Shown here: positions 32,047-43,434 of the stretch, in pieces
Layout of the letters: every line of letters begins with the position of its first letter
Position numbering within the stretch: the first letter of the stretch is position 1
Origin: an uncultured delta proteobacterium
GTDB taxonomy: Bacteria; Desulfobacterota; Syntrophia; Syntrophales; UBA2185
NCBI GenBank assembly: GCA_963695875.1
Contig: CAVOID010000003.1
Coordinates: 32,001 to 96,000 of the forward strand
Direction of reading: 5' to 3'
Length of the DNA: 64,000 nt
Notes under the pieces: generated by a model
What the model saw: only the letters and a program-made list of their open reading frames with translations
Database searches by the model: none
What the model was told of the DNA's origin: nothing
Position numbers and translations under genes: made by a program

Positions 32047-32953
32047 AAAAATTGAATTCAAAGTCGGACTATTTGTAGTGATTACATCATTGTTGATCAT
32101 TGCATCTGTAATATATCTGGCTTATAGTAAAGGTTTTTTTACAAGAGAATACATCTATACCCTCTCATCAAAAACCGGTGAGGACCTGACTGAGGGAATG
32201 CCGGTCCTGTTTTCCGGTTATAAAATTGGAAGGGTAGAAACGTTAGAACTCAATGATCAGGGGATACTCCTGATAAAAATTAGAATTCCGGAACAGCACG
32301 CAAAATGGATCAGGTCTAACAGTACGTTCAGTCTTTATAAACCTCTTATAGGCTCCTCCAGACTTATCGTTGCTACGGAGAACTTGAACAGCCCGGAATT
32401 GTCGCCTAAAACCATCCCCGAGATTGTAGTGGTAAATGACATTAACGAGGCGATAAAAAAGATTCAGCCCATTCTAGAAAAGGTGGATAAGGTGGCAACA
32501 AATGTTGAACTCATTACAGCCAATCTCGCTGATCCTCAGGGTAGTGTTAACAAGATTTTAAGCCACTCGGAAAAACTTACAAGCAATCTGGCAAAAAAAG
32601 ATACGCTCCTCGAGATGGCTGTAGGATCAAAGGAGAGTGTTCACTCGGTTAATGATTCCCTAAAAAAGATCAGAGATATCCTTGTAAAAACGGATGAGCA
32701 GGTTTACGGAAACGACGGTATGCTGATGCTAATCAGAAATATTCTTAAGGATATCATTATGAAACTGGAAAAAATCGATGTCGCCCTTGATAATGTAGTA
32801 AAGATCAGCGCAGATACGGCTGATTCAACAAAGGATTTAAAATTATTAAGAGCCGAGATCGACGCAACGGTTAATTCTATTGGCAAGCTGGTCAATGAAA
32901 TTGATAAAAAAATCCCCTTTAAAAAAGAACCGGAAGCAATTAAACTACCATGA
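32039..32953 (+). CDS. MlaD/MCE family protein with long helical C-terminus
   Basis: KVGLFV TM anchor, GMPVLFSGYKIGRV MCE motif, helical tail. Confidence 0.9.
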   Translation: MSKKIEFKVGLFVVITSLLIIASVIYLAYSKGFFTREYIYTLSSKTGEDLTEGMPVLFSGYKIGRVETLELNDQGILLIKIRIPEQHAKWIRSNSTFSLYKPLIGSSRLIVATENLNSPELSPKTIPEIVVVNDINEAIKKIQPILEKVDKVATNVELITANLADPQGSVNKILSHSEKLTSNLAKKDTLLEMAVGSKESVHSVNDSLKKIRDILVKTDEQVYGNDGMLMLIRNILKDIIMKLEKIDVALDNVVKISADTADSTKDLKLLRAEIDATVNSIGKLVNEIDKKIPFKKEPEAIKLP

Positions 32954-33615
32954 AAAAAATTGCTTATCTGATTACTATCGGCATTTTACTGTTTGGCTGC
33001 GGCTCATCAAAACCAGTCCCTGACTGGAAGAATACCTCATTTAATCAACTGGATAATTATAAGAAAAGCTATTTGAGCGGCAGAGAGGGTATTGCCGAGG
33101 TATATTTTAATAGAGCAGTTGATGAGATCAAGCGCAGTGGGGATCTGGAAGTACTTGCCCGGGCTTATCTCACAAAATATGCTGTTCAAGTCGCCGTCCT
33201 CGAGGCTTTTGACGACAGAGAGTACCTTAGAATAGATGCCGCTGCACCCGTTTCGCAAAACAGGAACTTTTACAACTTTTTGAAAGGGTCCTTCGATGAG
33301 GTGGACGAAGGCCTGCTACCCCGGCAATATGACGGTTTCTTGAGGGCCTTTCTAAAAGGTGGTGCTGAAGACGTTGCAACTGAAATTTCGAGAATAGACG
33401 ACCCCCTGTCGAAATTAATTACGATTGGCCTTCTTGTTCAAAAAAATAAATATGATGAAAGAATTTTGAATATAGCAATTGATTCCGCTTCACATGATGG
33501 GTGGAAGAAGGCTCTCTTGGTTTATCTGGGGAAATTACAATCTTTTTATGATAAAATTGACGAGCCGGAAAAAGCTGCTAACATAGAGCAACGCATCCAA
33601 ATCCTGAAAAAATAG
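32950..33615 (+). CDS. Lipoprotein, hypothetical
   Basis: Lipobox LLFGC after a basic/hydrophobic leader; ATGA overlap with the MCE gene. Confidence 0.8.
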   Translation: MKKIAYLITIGILLFGCGSSKPVPDWKNTSFNQLDNYKKSYLSGREGIAEVYFNRAVDEIKRSGDLEVLARAYLTKYAVQVAVLEAFDDREYLRIDAAAPVSQNRNFYNFLKGSFDEVDEGLLPRQYDGFLRAFLKGGAEDVATEISRIDDPLSKLITIGLLVQKNKYDERILNIAIDSASHDGWKKALLVYLGKLQSFYDKIDEPEKAANIEQRIQILKK

Positions 33616-33738
33616 CCCATACCTTAAGGTTGCAATATACGAGGCTATAGGTGCATGACGGAAGAAAACGGAAATTTGATAAAATACCCTTGATCTACAA
33701 AGCATCATATTAAAATATCATTCTATAGGAGGGAAATA

Positions 33739-34110
33739 ATGGCAGAAGAAACAAAGAAAAAGGTACATAAAAAAGAAGAAAAGTCGCTGGAAAAAATGAC
33801 CGTCAAAGAACTAAAAGTAATAGCAATGGAGATCCCAAGAGCAGTAGCAGTCCATGACATGAAAAAGGGAGAACTTATAGCTTTCATCAAGGAAGCAAGG
33901 GGCATCAAGGAAGAGGCGCCTGTTAAGGTAGAGAAAAAAGTCGTAGAGAAGATAAAACTGAGTAAAGGTGAGATAAAGGGAAAGATTAAACAGCTCAAGG
34001 AAGAAAAAAAGGCAGCGCAGGAAGCGTTTAACAGAAAAAAAATAGATTTTCTACGCCGCCGTATAAGTCGCTTGAAAAAGCAAACGCGTAGAATGACAAA
34101 TGTGAACTAA
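33739..34110 (+). CDS. Small Lys-rich protein with Rho N-terminal-like domain
   Basis: LEKMTVKELKVIA...MKKGELIAFIK helix pair, basic C-terminal coiled coil, strong AGGAGG RBS. Confidence 0.7.
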   Translation: MAEETKKKVHKKEEKSLEKMTVKELKVIAMEIPRAVAVHDMKKGELIAFIKEARGIKEEAPVKVEKKVVEKIKLSKGEIKGKIKQLKEEKKAAQEAFNRKKIDFLRRRISRLKKQTRRMTNVN

Positions 34111-34383
34111 TTATTTTTTCGATGAAAACGATCCTGTTCTTAAACAAAAGTGCTCCTTCAAAAAAACCTGCGTGTCATCTCTCGCAGGATTACCGGCACA
34201 TATGGACTGACATTAACCGATCTAGTGATGGTCATCATTCTATTTGGTATTCTGCGTCCGTTGCTTATGGAACCTTCCAGATATACACAAAAATAGCTTA
34301 TAAGATTAACTTATTACATGATTTAAAAGAATTCATTAATGTGAAAAATAATTTCACAATTTCTTCTTTTTCGATTTAAGTAA

Positions 34384-35036
34384 TCAATTTCTTGTAATTC
34401 GGGTATAACGGGTCCAGCTCGTGATGTTCCAGTCGGGATCTATGGAAGGAATTTTCCTTTCATCAAAGGGATTAAGACCGCATTTTCGGGCAAAATAACG
34501 GTGGAATGCAACACAGCCCGTCAATTCAGGATGAAAAACGGTGACCAGTACATCGGAGCTTTCCGCGGCAGCAATGTAGTCATCCATCTTAAGAAGAACA
34601 TTCACCCCCTCACCGGCACGCAAAATCTTAGGTGCCCGAATGAAAGTGAGAGGTATGGATTGTGACGCAACCTGGGGAATGTTAGCTTCACACACAAAAC
34701 TTTCAAGCTGGCTCCCAAAACTGTTGCGCTCAATCTCAATGTCAATCAGGTCTGAGATGGGCCGGTTCACCGACAACGGATCTTGCAAGGAGAATTGCCC
34801 CGGCACATGTCCCCCAGATTTTCATTCCCCGCCGGAATTCATGGAGAATGCCTTCTTCAATACCGAAGATACGTATCAGCCGGGACATGCACGTACTTTC
34901 ACCACCGGGTATAATCAGACCGGCAAGATTTCGAAAATCACTCTGGTTCTTTGACCGGTAAGCAGGTAATACCTAAACGCTCCAGGTGATCGAGATGTTC
35001 AACGACACCACCTTGAAGATTGAGAACGCCGATCAT
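34384..35036 (-). CDS. pdxT: PLP synthase glutaminase subunit (several frameshifts)
   Basis: Across frames: MIGVLNLQG, PGGEST, WGTCAG, RNSFGSQLESF, FIRAP, FHPELT. Confidence 0.9.
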
Positions 35037-35040
35037 TCAC

Positions 35041-35923
35041 TTACCATCCCCGTCCGGCGAGGAGCTGCCCCTCAGGAATTTCGGATATTTCAAGTCCCGG
35101 CATTGCTTCTCCGAGGCCCATGGATGCTTCCAGCACTTTGGCCGGGTCATTGTAGTATGCCGTTGCCTTGACAATTGCCCGGGCACGCACTGCCGGATTT
35201 TCCGATTTGAAGATTCCGGAACCCACGAAGATTCCGTCACACCCTAACTGCATCATCAATGCAGCATCGGCAGGGGTCGCAATACCGCCGGCGGCAAAAT
35301 TAACCACCGGCAGACGCTCCAGTTCCCGTACCTGGAGGGCAAGTTCATAAGGTATGCCATTTACCTTTGCATAACCGGTAACCTCTTCGACCGGCATACT
35401 GATAAGCTGTCTGATTTCGCGGTTCATCGTACGGATATGACGGACCGCCTCAACGACATTGCCCGTTCCGGCCTCGCCCTTTGGTACGGATCATGGCGGC
35501 ACCTTCGGCGATGCGACGCAGGGCCTCCCCAAGATTACGGGCGCCACAGACGAAGGGGATGGAAAACTTTGTCTTGTCGATATGGCATTCTTCATCGGCG
35601 GGGGTTAACACCTCGCTCTCGTCAATGTAGTCGATTTTCAGTGCTTCCAATATCTGGGCTTCAACAAAATGGCCGATCCTTGCCTTGGCCATGACAGGTA
35701 TTGATACGGCCTTTTTTATTTCAAGGATCATTGCTGGGTCGGACATCCTGGCAACACCACCCTGTGTGCGGATGTCCGCCGGAACCCTCTCCAGGGCCAT
35801 TACGGCGACGGCGCCTGCCTCCTCGGCGATCTTCGCCTGTTCCACATTGGTCACGTCCATGATGACGCCGCCTTTTAACATCTGAGCCAGCTGAACATTC
35901 AGTTCGTATCTCTTTTTATCCAC
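35041..35923 (-). CDS. pdxS: PLP synthase lyase subunit (frameshift at ~35475)
   Basis: [50 protein letters not shown]. Confidence 0.95.
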
Positions 35924-36086
35924 TTTATTTTGCCTCCCTCACCCATGATTTAACCTTGGGTATATGAGTGTTTTTCAAATGTTCCTCGATTTCATACGAG
36001 ATGGACGTATAGTAATTATTTCTTATCAGTTAATATAGTATTGTCAAGAAGAATAATCAAGGGTGATGACATCGGGATTCGACGCA

Positions 36087-36869
36087 TTACCACGTCATCC
36101 TCGTTTTTACACCATGCGTGTGTAGATATGCTCTTAATCTCCGAGATCGTATAGTGTCTGTAATGGACCATGGATGCGATCAGAGCTGCATCTGCTTTCC
36201 CGCGGGTCAGAACATCGACAAGGTGCTCCGGTTTTCCTGCTCCTCCCGAAGCAATCACCGGTATGCGAACGTTCGTCGATATGAGAGGTGTCAGTTCAAG
36301 TTCATACCCTTCCTGCGTCCCGTCGGCATCGATCGAATTCAGGCAGATTTCTCCCGCCCCCAGGTTTTCCGCCTCTTTCGCCCACCACAGGGCGTCGATC
36401 CCTGTATATACTCCGTCCTCCATGAATGACAATTTCATAGCCTGATGGGAACTTGTTCGTTCGGCTCCACTTTCTTTACATCCATGCCCAGGACGACACA
36501 CTGGCTGCCGAAGGCCTTTGCACCTTCGGCAATCAGAGGTGGATTTTTCACCGCCTCGGAGTTGACGCTGATCTTCTCCGCACCGGCCAGGATGACGCGC
36601 CTCATGTCTTCCACCGTGCGGATGCCGCCGCCGACGGAGAAAGGGATGAAAATCGTTTCCGCTACCCGCCGCACTACGTCAATCATGATGTCGCGCCCAT
36701 CGGATGAGGCGGTAATGTCATAGAAGACAATCTCATCGGCGCCCTGCTCATAGTACTCCCGCGCCGCTTCGACGGGATCGCCGATATCGATATTGCCCTT
36801 GAATTTAATCCCTTTGGTAAGCTTCCCGTCACGCACATCCAGGCAGGGTATGATCCGTTTACTCAGCAT
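36087..36869 (-). CDS. hisF: Imidazole glycerol phosphate synthase cyclase subunit (frameshifted)
   Basis: [52 protein letters not shown]. Confidence 0.95.
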
Positions 36870-37502
36870 CTTGCCCTCCCCAGCGGCAGAAATTGGTCAG
36901 AATCTGAAGTCCCGGCCGTCCCGCTTTTCTCCGGATGAAATTGAACGGCTACCAAATTTCCGCGGGCCACGGCGCAGCAGAAAAGGCATGTCCGTAATCG
37001 GTCCATCCGATAACCCATCGATCATCATCGGGAGCCGGATAATAGGAATGGACAAAGTAAAATTCAGCTCCACTCGGGAATCCCCGGAACACGGGGTGAT
37101 CCTTTCGAAAGGCTACATGGTTCCATCCCATGTGGGGAATTTTGAGCGTTCATCGCCCTGTTGCAGATCCTGCGGGAATCGTTTAACTGTCACCCGGTAC
37201 GATACCCAGGCATTGTCGTGTCATTTTCTTCGCTGTATTCAAAGATCACCTGTGTCCCAAGGCAAATGCCCAGTACGGGTTTCCCCTGCTGAACCCATTC
37301 CCGTATCCATTTATCCAGCTGTGTCTGTCTGGAGGTTGGACCATAGCCTCACCTGCCGCTCCGACACCGGGAAAGATGATATGGCTGGCCTGCGCTTAAG
37401 TATCTCGGGATCATCAGTGATCATGCACGGTTCCCTGAAATAATTGAGCGCCCGTGCCACGCTGGTCAGATTCCCTGCCCGATAATCAACAATACCAATC
37501 AT
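36859..37502 (-). CDS. hisH: Imidazole glycerol phosphate synthase glutaminase subunit (several frameshifts)
   Basis: [25 protein letters not shown] and VQFHPEKSG across frames. Confidence 0.92.
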
Positions 37503-37553
37503 GATTATTAATTAAGAACCTTTCTTTGCTTCTACAGGAAAATGTCTATTCGT

Positions 37554-37626
37554 TGTCATTTCGACAAAGGGGAATACTCTCTAATATTAGATAGTTATTA
37601 AAATTTCTCATTTCATTTGAAATGCA
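37554..37626. repeat. Degenerate REP-like palindromic element, copy 2
   Basis: TGTCATTTCGACAAAGGGGAAT ... ATTTCTCATTTCATTTGAAATGCA; shares the 12-mer TGTCATTTCGAC with 29504. Confidence 0.55.
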
Positions 37627-37642
37627 AACAATTACGCAACAC

Positions 37643-38592
37643 TTATATCTTATCATAATGAATTCCCTGAAAAGTATTTCTCTTCTCCAGTTCCCTGTCG
37701 ATTGCATTTAATACTTCCATCTTGTTGACCGCCCACTGCGGAGCCAGGAAGATATCCCGGTAACCATCGGCGGTCAGCCGCTGAATGACCATCTCCGGCG
37801 GCAGAATTTCCAGGATATCGCATACAGTCCGTACGTATTCGTCTTTGTCTCAGCATGTAAATCTTCCCCTGTTCGTAGAGATCACCCATCATCGTTCCCT
37901 CTGAGGGCGAGGAGCAGATGAATTTTGATTCCCTGAATCGGGAGCGTTGCAAGTGACCCTTGCCGTTTCCAGCATATCCTCCTGTGTTTCTCCCGGCAGA
38001 CCGACGATGATATGGGTACAAATATGTATATTTTTACCCGAGGCCCTTCGTACCGCGTCTAAAAAGGTTTCCGCCGAATGTCCCCTGTTGATAAACTGCA
38101 GCGTTCGTTGTGGATCGACTGGAGACCCAATTCCAGCCATACATGGGACTGCTCTCTGCATACTCTTGAAAAAGATCAAGGACATCATCGGGAACGCAAT
38201 CCGGACGCGTCCCCACGGAAAGACCGACGATATCGTCTTCCTCTGCCAGGGCCTCGTCGTACAAGCGCTCTCAGTTTCTCAATCGGTCCATAGGTATTGG
38301 TAAAGGTCTGGAAATAGGCAATGAACTTACCCGCATTTCTGTGCTTTCTGTAATATTCTTTTCCCCTGCGTATCTGCTCACCGACGGAGGGAAGCGGCCC
38401 GGCCTGCCGCAGGCGCGAACCCCGGCCGTCACAGTAGATGCATCCCCCGGACGATACCGTTCCGTCCCGGTTCGGGCAGGTAAATCCCGCGTCAATCGGG
38501 AGCTTGTAGACCTTGCACCCGAAGCGGTTGCGCCAGAAGCTTTTCAGATCGTAATATCGTTTTGTGTTGTTCCAGAATGTCGGTTTTAACAA
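37643..38592 (-). CDS. TIGR01212 (YhcC-like) radical SAM protein (several frameshifts)
   Basis: DAGFTCPNRDG...GGCIYC, YFQTFTNTY, GTRPDC, RGH, HIIVGLPGE. Confidence 0.9.
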
Positions 38593-38694
38593 AATGCCTC
38601 TTTTTTATTGTATTTTCTCAATCAATATTATTATATACGATACATGTAAGATTTTCAATCATTATGAAACTCCTTGTGGAAGAGGTCATAGCGT

Positions 38695-40588
38695 TTGCAG
38701 AGAGATTATGATGTCATCGTGGTGGGCGGCGGTCATGCCGGCTGTGAGGCAGCCCTGGCGGCGGCGCGGATGGGCTGCTCCACGATTCTGTTTAACATCA
38801 ATCTGGATTCCGTCGCCCTCATGTCGTGCAATCCGGCGATCGGCGGTCTCGCCAAGGGCCAGCTTGTCAAGGAAATCGACGCCCTGGGCGGCGAGATGGG
38901 AAAGATCGCCGATAAAACCGCCGTCCATTTTCGTCTGCTCAATGCATCGAAAGGGCCGGCCGTGCAATCCTCCCGCTTCCAGTGCGACAAGCAGCTCTAC
39001 CGGCTTGCCATGAAAGCTACCGTTGTGGAAAAGGAAAAAAACCTCCATCTCAGACAGACGCTCATCGACCGACTCATTGTCGAGGATGGAAGAGTCGTTG
39101 GTGTGGAGGATCATATCGGCGTCTTTTATCGCGGAAAGGCTGTGATCATTACGACGGGGACTTTCCTTAAACGGTTGATCCACATCGGCACCGTCCATTA
39201 CCCGGCAGGAAGGGCCGGTGAAATGGCCTCCATTCATCTGGCCGAATCACTGCAGAAAACTGGGATTTGAGATGGGGCGGATGAAGACAGGCACACCGCC
39301 GAGACTGCGCGCTTCCACCATCGATTTTTCGAGACTCGAACGCCAGGACAGCGATCCCGATCCGGAACCATTTTCATTTACCACGGAAAGGCTGCGGGAA
39401 GAGAGGCTTCCTTCGTATTTTTCTTACACGACAGAGGAAACCCATCGTCTTATCGGGGAGAATATTATGCTTTCACCTCTCTATTCAGGCACCATCAAAG
39501 GGGTCAGCGCCCGCTACTGTCCCTCCCTGGAAGATAAAGTAATGCGCTTCTCCGACAAGGAAAGGCATCCTGTTGTCCTGGAGCATGAAGGACTGGAAAC
39601 AGAGGAGGTCTATGCGAAAGGCCTCGGAAACTGCATGCCGCAGGATCTTCAGGAACAGATCATTCACAGCGTTCCCGGCCTTGAAGAGGCGGAGGTCATG
39701 CGTTCCGCCTACGCCATCGAATACGATTTCGTGCAGCCGACAGAACTCCGGCAGACCCTGGAAACGAAACGTGTTGCCGGGTTGTATCTTGCCGGGCAGA
39801 TCAACGGCACCTCAGGGTATGAAGAAGCCGCCGCGCAGGGACTATGGGCTGGTATCAACGCGGCTCTTTCGGTTCAGGGGAAACCTCCTTTTATGCTCGA
39901 CCGTTCTGAGGCTTATATAGGTGTCATGATCGATGATCTCGTAACCAGGGGCGTTGATGAGCCATACCGTATGTTCACCTCCCGGGCGGAATACCGCCTG
40001 ATCCTCCGGGAGGATAACGCCGCTATCCGCCTGATGGGGAAAGGCTATGACCTGGGGCTGATTTCCCGTGAGCACCATGAGCGGCTGATAGAGAAGATCC
40101 GCCGAGTCGAAGAAGGTATCGGCAAACTCTCTTCCATTAAGATTTACCCCTGTCCTGAGGTCAACGCAACTCTTCAAGCAATGGGAACTCCACCAATCAA
40201 GAATCCCACTTCACTCTATCAGCTTCTCAAAAGATACGAAATTCACTATGACGATCTTAAAGCATTTGGGGCATGGGAGCCTGCACCTGACAAGCTGGTG
40301 AAAAAGCAGATTGAAATCGAATCAAAATATGAAGGTTACATTAAAAGGCAGATCGAAGCAATCAAGAAAATGAAAACGCTGGAAGGGAAAAGAATCCCGA
40401 CAAATATGAATTACTGCACCGTACCGGGGCTTTCCAACGAATTGAAAATGAAGCTGACCAGGGTGGAGCCCGCCACTATCGGACAGGCGGAAAGAATACC
40501 GGGAATGACCCAGTCGGCCCTTACCGCTATCCTAGTCACGATGAAAAAAATGGAGCTGCAAGCGGCACCCGTCAAAAGAACAACGTAA
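38695..40588 (+). CDS. mnmG: tRNA U34 modification enzyme MnmG/GidA (frameshift at ~39255)
   Basis: [63 protein letters not shown]. Confidence 0.96.
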
Positions 40589-40668
40589 CCTAAATCTGCA
40601 TCTCGCGGTTAGTCAGAGGTGATAGGGACAGAATAACGTTTGAGTTTTTTATGATCCGTGACCTTCTA

Positions 40669-40700
40669 AAGCCCCTCTACACTCCTGCGCAAAGGGGCTT
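40669..40700. terminator. Hairpin between convergent mnmG and GltB2-like genes
   Basis: AAGCCCCT ... AGGGGCTT inverted repeat. Confidence 0.45.
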
Positions 40701-40727
40701 CAGATGTAAGCCTGATAACAAAAAAAA

Positions 40728-42317
40728 TCACATGGATAGAATTTTTTCCGCCTCTTTCCTATAAGCATCCATTACATAGGGTATACCCGATATTCTGGCT
40801 GCTTCCTCTGTCAGTGACATAACATCTTTCTGGGATACGAGAGAGAGGTTGAAGTTTCTGCTCCCCGCCATGAGCTGCTGTAGCCCGGACTTAAATTTCT
40901 GGCTGAAGGTGTAGAGCCCTATGGCACCAAAGGGAATATTCTTCAATTCGTTGCCGTATTTCTTCTTCAGCTCTTCGTAACTGACAAATATTTCTTCAAC
41001 AGTGTTACCGTATTTGGAAACCGTCTTCGGCAGATCTTTCGCCTTTAACCACTCTCCGATATTCTTACCCACCATACCGGGTATCATTAAACCTCTTCCC
41101 ATGCAAACTGCTTTTACATAGGGATTGCCCATTGCTATGGCCTTAAACACACCATCTTCCGTTGAGAATCCGCCGGCGATGGCAATATCAGGAACCCTGA
41201 TCTTCCTCTTCTTCAATTTATCGCAGAACTGCTGAGTGAGACACTGGATGTAGAATGTAGGAATGCCCCATTCGGTCATCATCGGCCAGGGACTCATCCC
41301 TGTTCCGCCCGGTGCCCCGTCTATCGTCAGGAGGTCTATTTCTGCCTCCGCACAGTAGCGAATGGCCATGGCAAGCTCAACAGCTGAGTATGCACCTGTC
41401 TTCAGTGTTATTCTCTTGAAGCCCACTTTACGTAGTCTCTCCACTTCCTCGAAAAATCCTTCTTCTGTCACAAAACCGAGTCGCGAGTGTCTCTCGAATT
41501 CTTTGATCGCCCCGTCTTTGAATGCGGCCTGGTTTTCAGACAGGGTGGGATCGGGCAGGACAATATACCCTCTCTTTTTCAGCTCGATAGCCCTTTCCAG
41601 GGAATTGACCTTGATTTCTCCGCCGATACACTTGGCGCCCTGTCCCCATTTCAGCTCAATCGTATCCAGCTTATGCTTATTGAGTACATATTCGGCCACG
41701 CCGAACCTCGTATCCTCGACGTTCATCTGAACGAGGATCTCACCATAGCCTTCATAGTAGCGTTTGTATGTTTCAATACGGCGATCCATTTCCGGAGACT
41801 TTTTTACCTTTCCCTTGCTGTCCAGCTCAAGCCCAGGATCAATCCCGCAGACATTCTCACCACACACAATGGTGATACCGGAAATGGCAGCGCCGACGGC
41901 AAAATGCTCCCAGTTCTTGCGGGCAATCTCTGTCGAACCCAGTGCACCCGTAAAAATCGGCAGACGCATCTTCACTTTTTGCTTCCACCCATATTCGGTT
42001 TCTGTGTCAACAGCAGGAAAAATCGCCGTATCGGGACCAGGCTTAACACTTTTTGGCAAGCCCATTGCGCCTACGGCATAACCCTGAATGCTGAGGTGGG
42101 AGTAATCGATAGGATAGTTCTTGTCAGCCCCGGCAGTCATTTCCCCAAAGCTTATGGGATACAAGACCTCACGGCCCCTGAACGTCGATAACCAGATTTC
42201 ACAGCCACCCCTGCATCCGTCAACACATCGCGTACAGATACCCGACATGGGCACCACATCTCTCGATCGGTTAAATGTTCCTGTCGCCTCGTTTGCATTT
42301 GGTTTTCTAAGATTCAT
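40728..42317 (-). CDS. Stand-alone FMN-binding glutamate synthase family protein (GltB2-like)
   Basis: ELKWGQGAK, LKTG, IDGAPGGTG, IAGG, MGR; N-terminal CTRCVDGCRGGC. Confidence 0.9.
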   Translation of the reverse strand: MNLRKPNANEATGTFNRSRDVVPMSGICTRCVDGCRGGCEIWLSTFRGREVLYPISFGEMTAGADKNYPIDYSHLSIQGYAVGAMGLPKSVKPGPDTAIFPAVDTETEYGWKQKVKMRLPIFTGALGSTEIARKNWEHFAVGAAISGITIVCGENVCGIDPGLELDSKGKVKKSPEMDRRIETYKRYYEGYGEILVQMNVEDTRFGVAEYVLNKHKLDTIELKWGQGAKCIGGEIKVNSLERAIELKKRGYIVLPDPTLSENQAAFKDGAIKEFERHSRLGFVTEEGFFEEVERLRKVGFKRITLKTGAYSAVELAMAIRYCAEAEIDLLTIDGAPGGTGMSPWPMMTEWGIPTFYIQCLTQQFCDKLKKRKIRVPDIAIAGGFSTEDGVFKAIAMGNPYVKAVCMGRGLMIPGMVGKNIGEWLKAKDLPKTVSKYGNTVEEIFVSYEELKKKYGNELKNIPFGAIGLYTFSQKFKSGLQQLMAGSRNFNLSLVSQKDVMSLTEEAARISGIPYVMDAYRKEAEKILSM

Positions 42318-42382
42318 GCCTTTACTTCTCCTTCCTCTTATTATGGTATTATTTCAGATACTTTTCTTAGTACCGAATAGAA

Positions 42383-43409
42383 CTATTTACTTTTAAATGC
42401 CCTGCAAATTTCGGAAAATTTACGCAGTTCCTGAAAATCCATCACTGCAGCCATACCACGATTTTCTGTCTGTGATCCCAGCCTCTTGGGCACACGCAAT
42501 CGGGTTGAGTCCTCCTGTAAGAATCAGTCCTACTTTATTTAAATCCACATGTACTTGACAGACAGGTTCGCTCACTTCACCAATGGAAAGAACGCCGCCT
42601 ATTCTTACTTTATTGAGCTTGAGCACAAGTTCCTCGACAAGGGTCTTACATGGTGCAGGAATTTCCCTGAAGTTTGCCAGGATCTTACCCTCTCCCTGTT
42701 TAAGAACGTTGCGGACTGAGGTCATTTTTGCCATGATAAAGGTCTCTGACGGATCGAGTGAGGAGCCGGAATAATAGATCAGCTCAACAAATCTGAGCGG
42801 TTTCCTATCTTTTAGCTGAAGAATCCCCGCAAATTTTGAGTCCATGGGAATGCCTGCCTTCAGCAAAACACCGTTGATCACAATGCTGCAAACTGTTGCC
42901 AGACCGACCTTTACCCGCCGGTATAGGCACATTGCCCAACTGATCATGCTCTCCAGCAACCGCCACGAGATCACTCACTGCCATCCCTGCTTCAAAGGCC
43001 GGCCTCATTACCTTTGAGGGCATCTTTAAACTGTTCCTTAGGGAAGAGAGAAATATTCACGGGAAGAAGACCACGGCCATTAACAGGATCAAATGTTGTT
43101 CTGTAAGCAAGAATTTCTATGCGGGAGATGGCAAGTCCCACTTTATCCTGAACCATCGCATTATTGACTTCGTCGATGCCTCTGTCTGTTACAATTCTTC
43201 CCTCCCTTCTGCCTACAAGGCGAGTCAGCCCCCTTTCATCCATGAGCTTCAGATGATAACGCACAGCGCGCTCACTCAACATTACGCCCAAATCCTGCAT
43301 ACGTCTAGCAATAAGCCGTGCACCGACAGGTTGTCCGCTTTCTTTGAGAATTTGCAGGATAAGGACTATTTTTCTTTCAATTCCTCGTAGAATCAAAAAG
43401 TTTCTTCAT
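42383..43409 (-). CDS. nrpR: NrpR-family nitrogen repressor (wHTH + DUF128/NRD; several frameshifts)
   Basis: GARLIAR...ERAVRYHLKLMDERGLT wHTH; across frames LPVNIS, ATVCSIVINGVLLKAGIP, RFVELIYYSGSSLDP, LANFREIP, GGLNPIA. Confidence 0.88.
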
Positions 43410-43416
43410 AAGGTAA

Positions 43417-43434
43417 TCGGCAATTGTTTGCCGA
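43417..43434. promoter_or_regulatory. Candidate NrpR operator
   Basis: Perfect inverted repeat TCGGCAA-TTGT-TTGCCGA (GGCA-N6-TGCC core) 7 bp upstream of the nrpR ATG. Confidence 0.55.

Noticed and set aside
34122..34379. 85-aa ORF after the Rho-N-like gene
   Set aside because: No RBS or motif; AT-rich intergenic character
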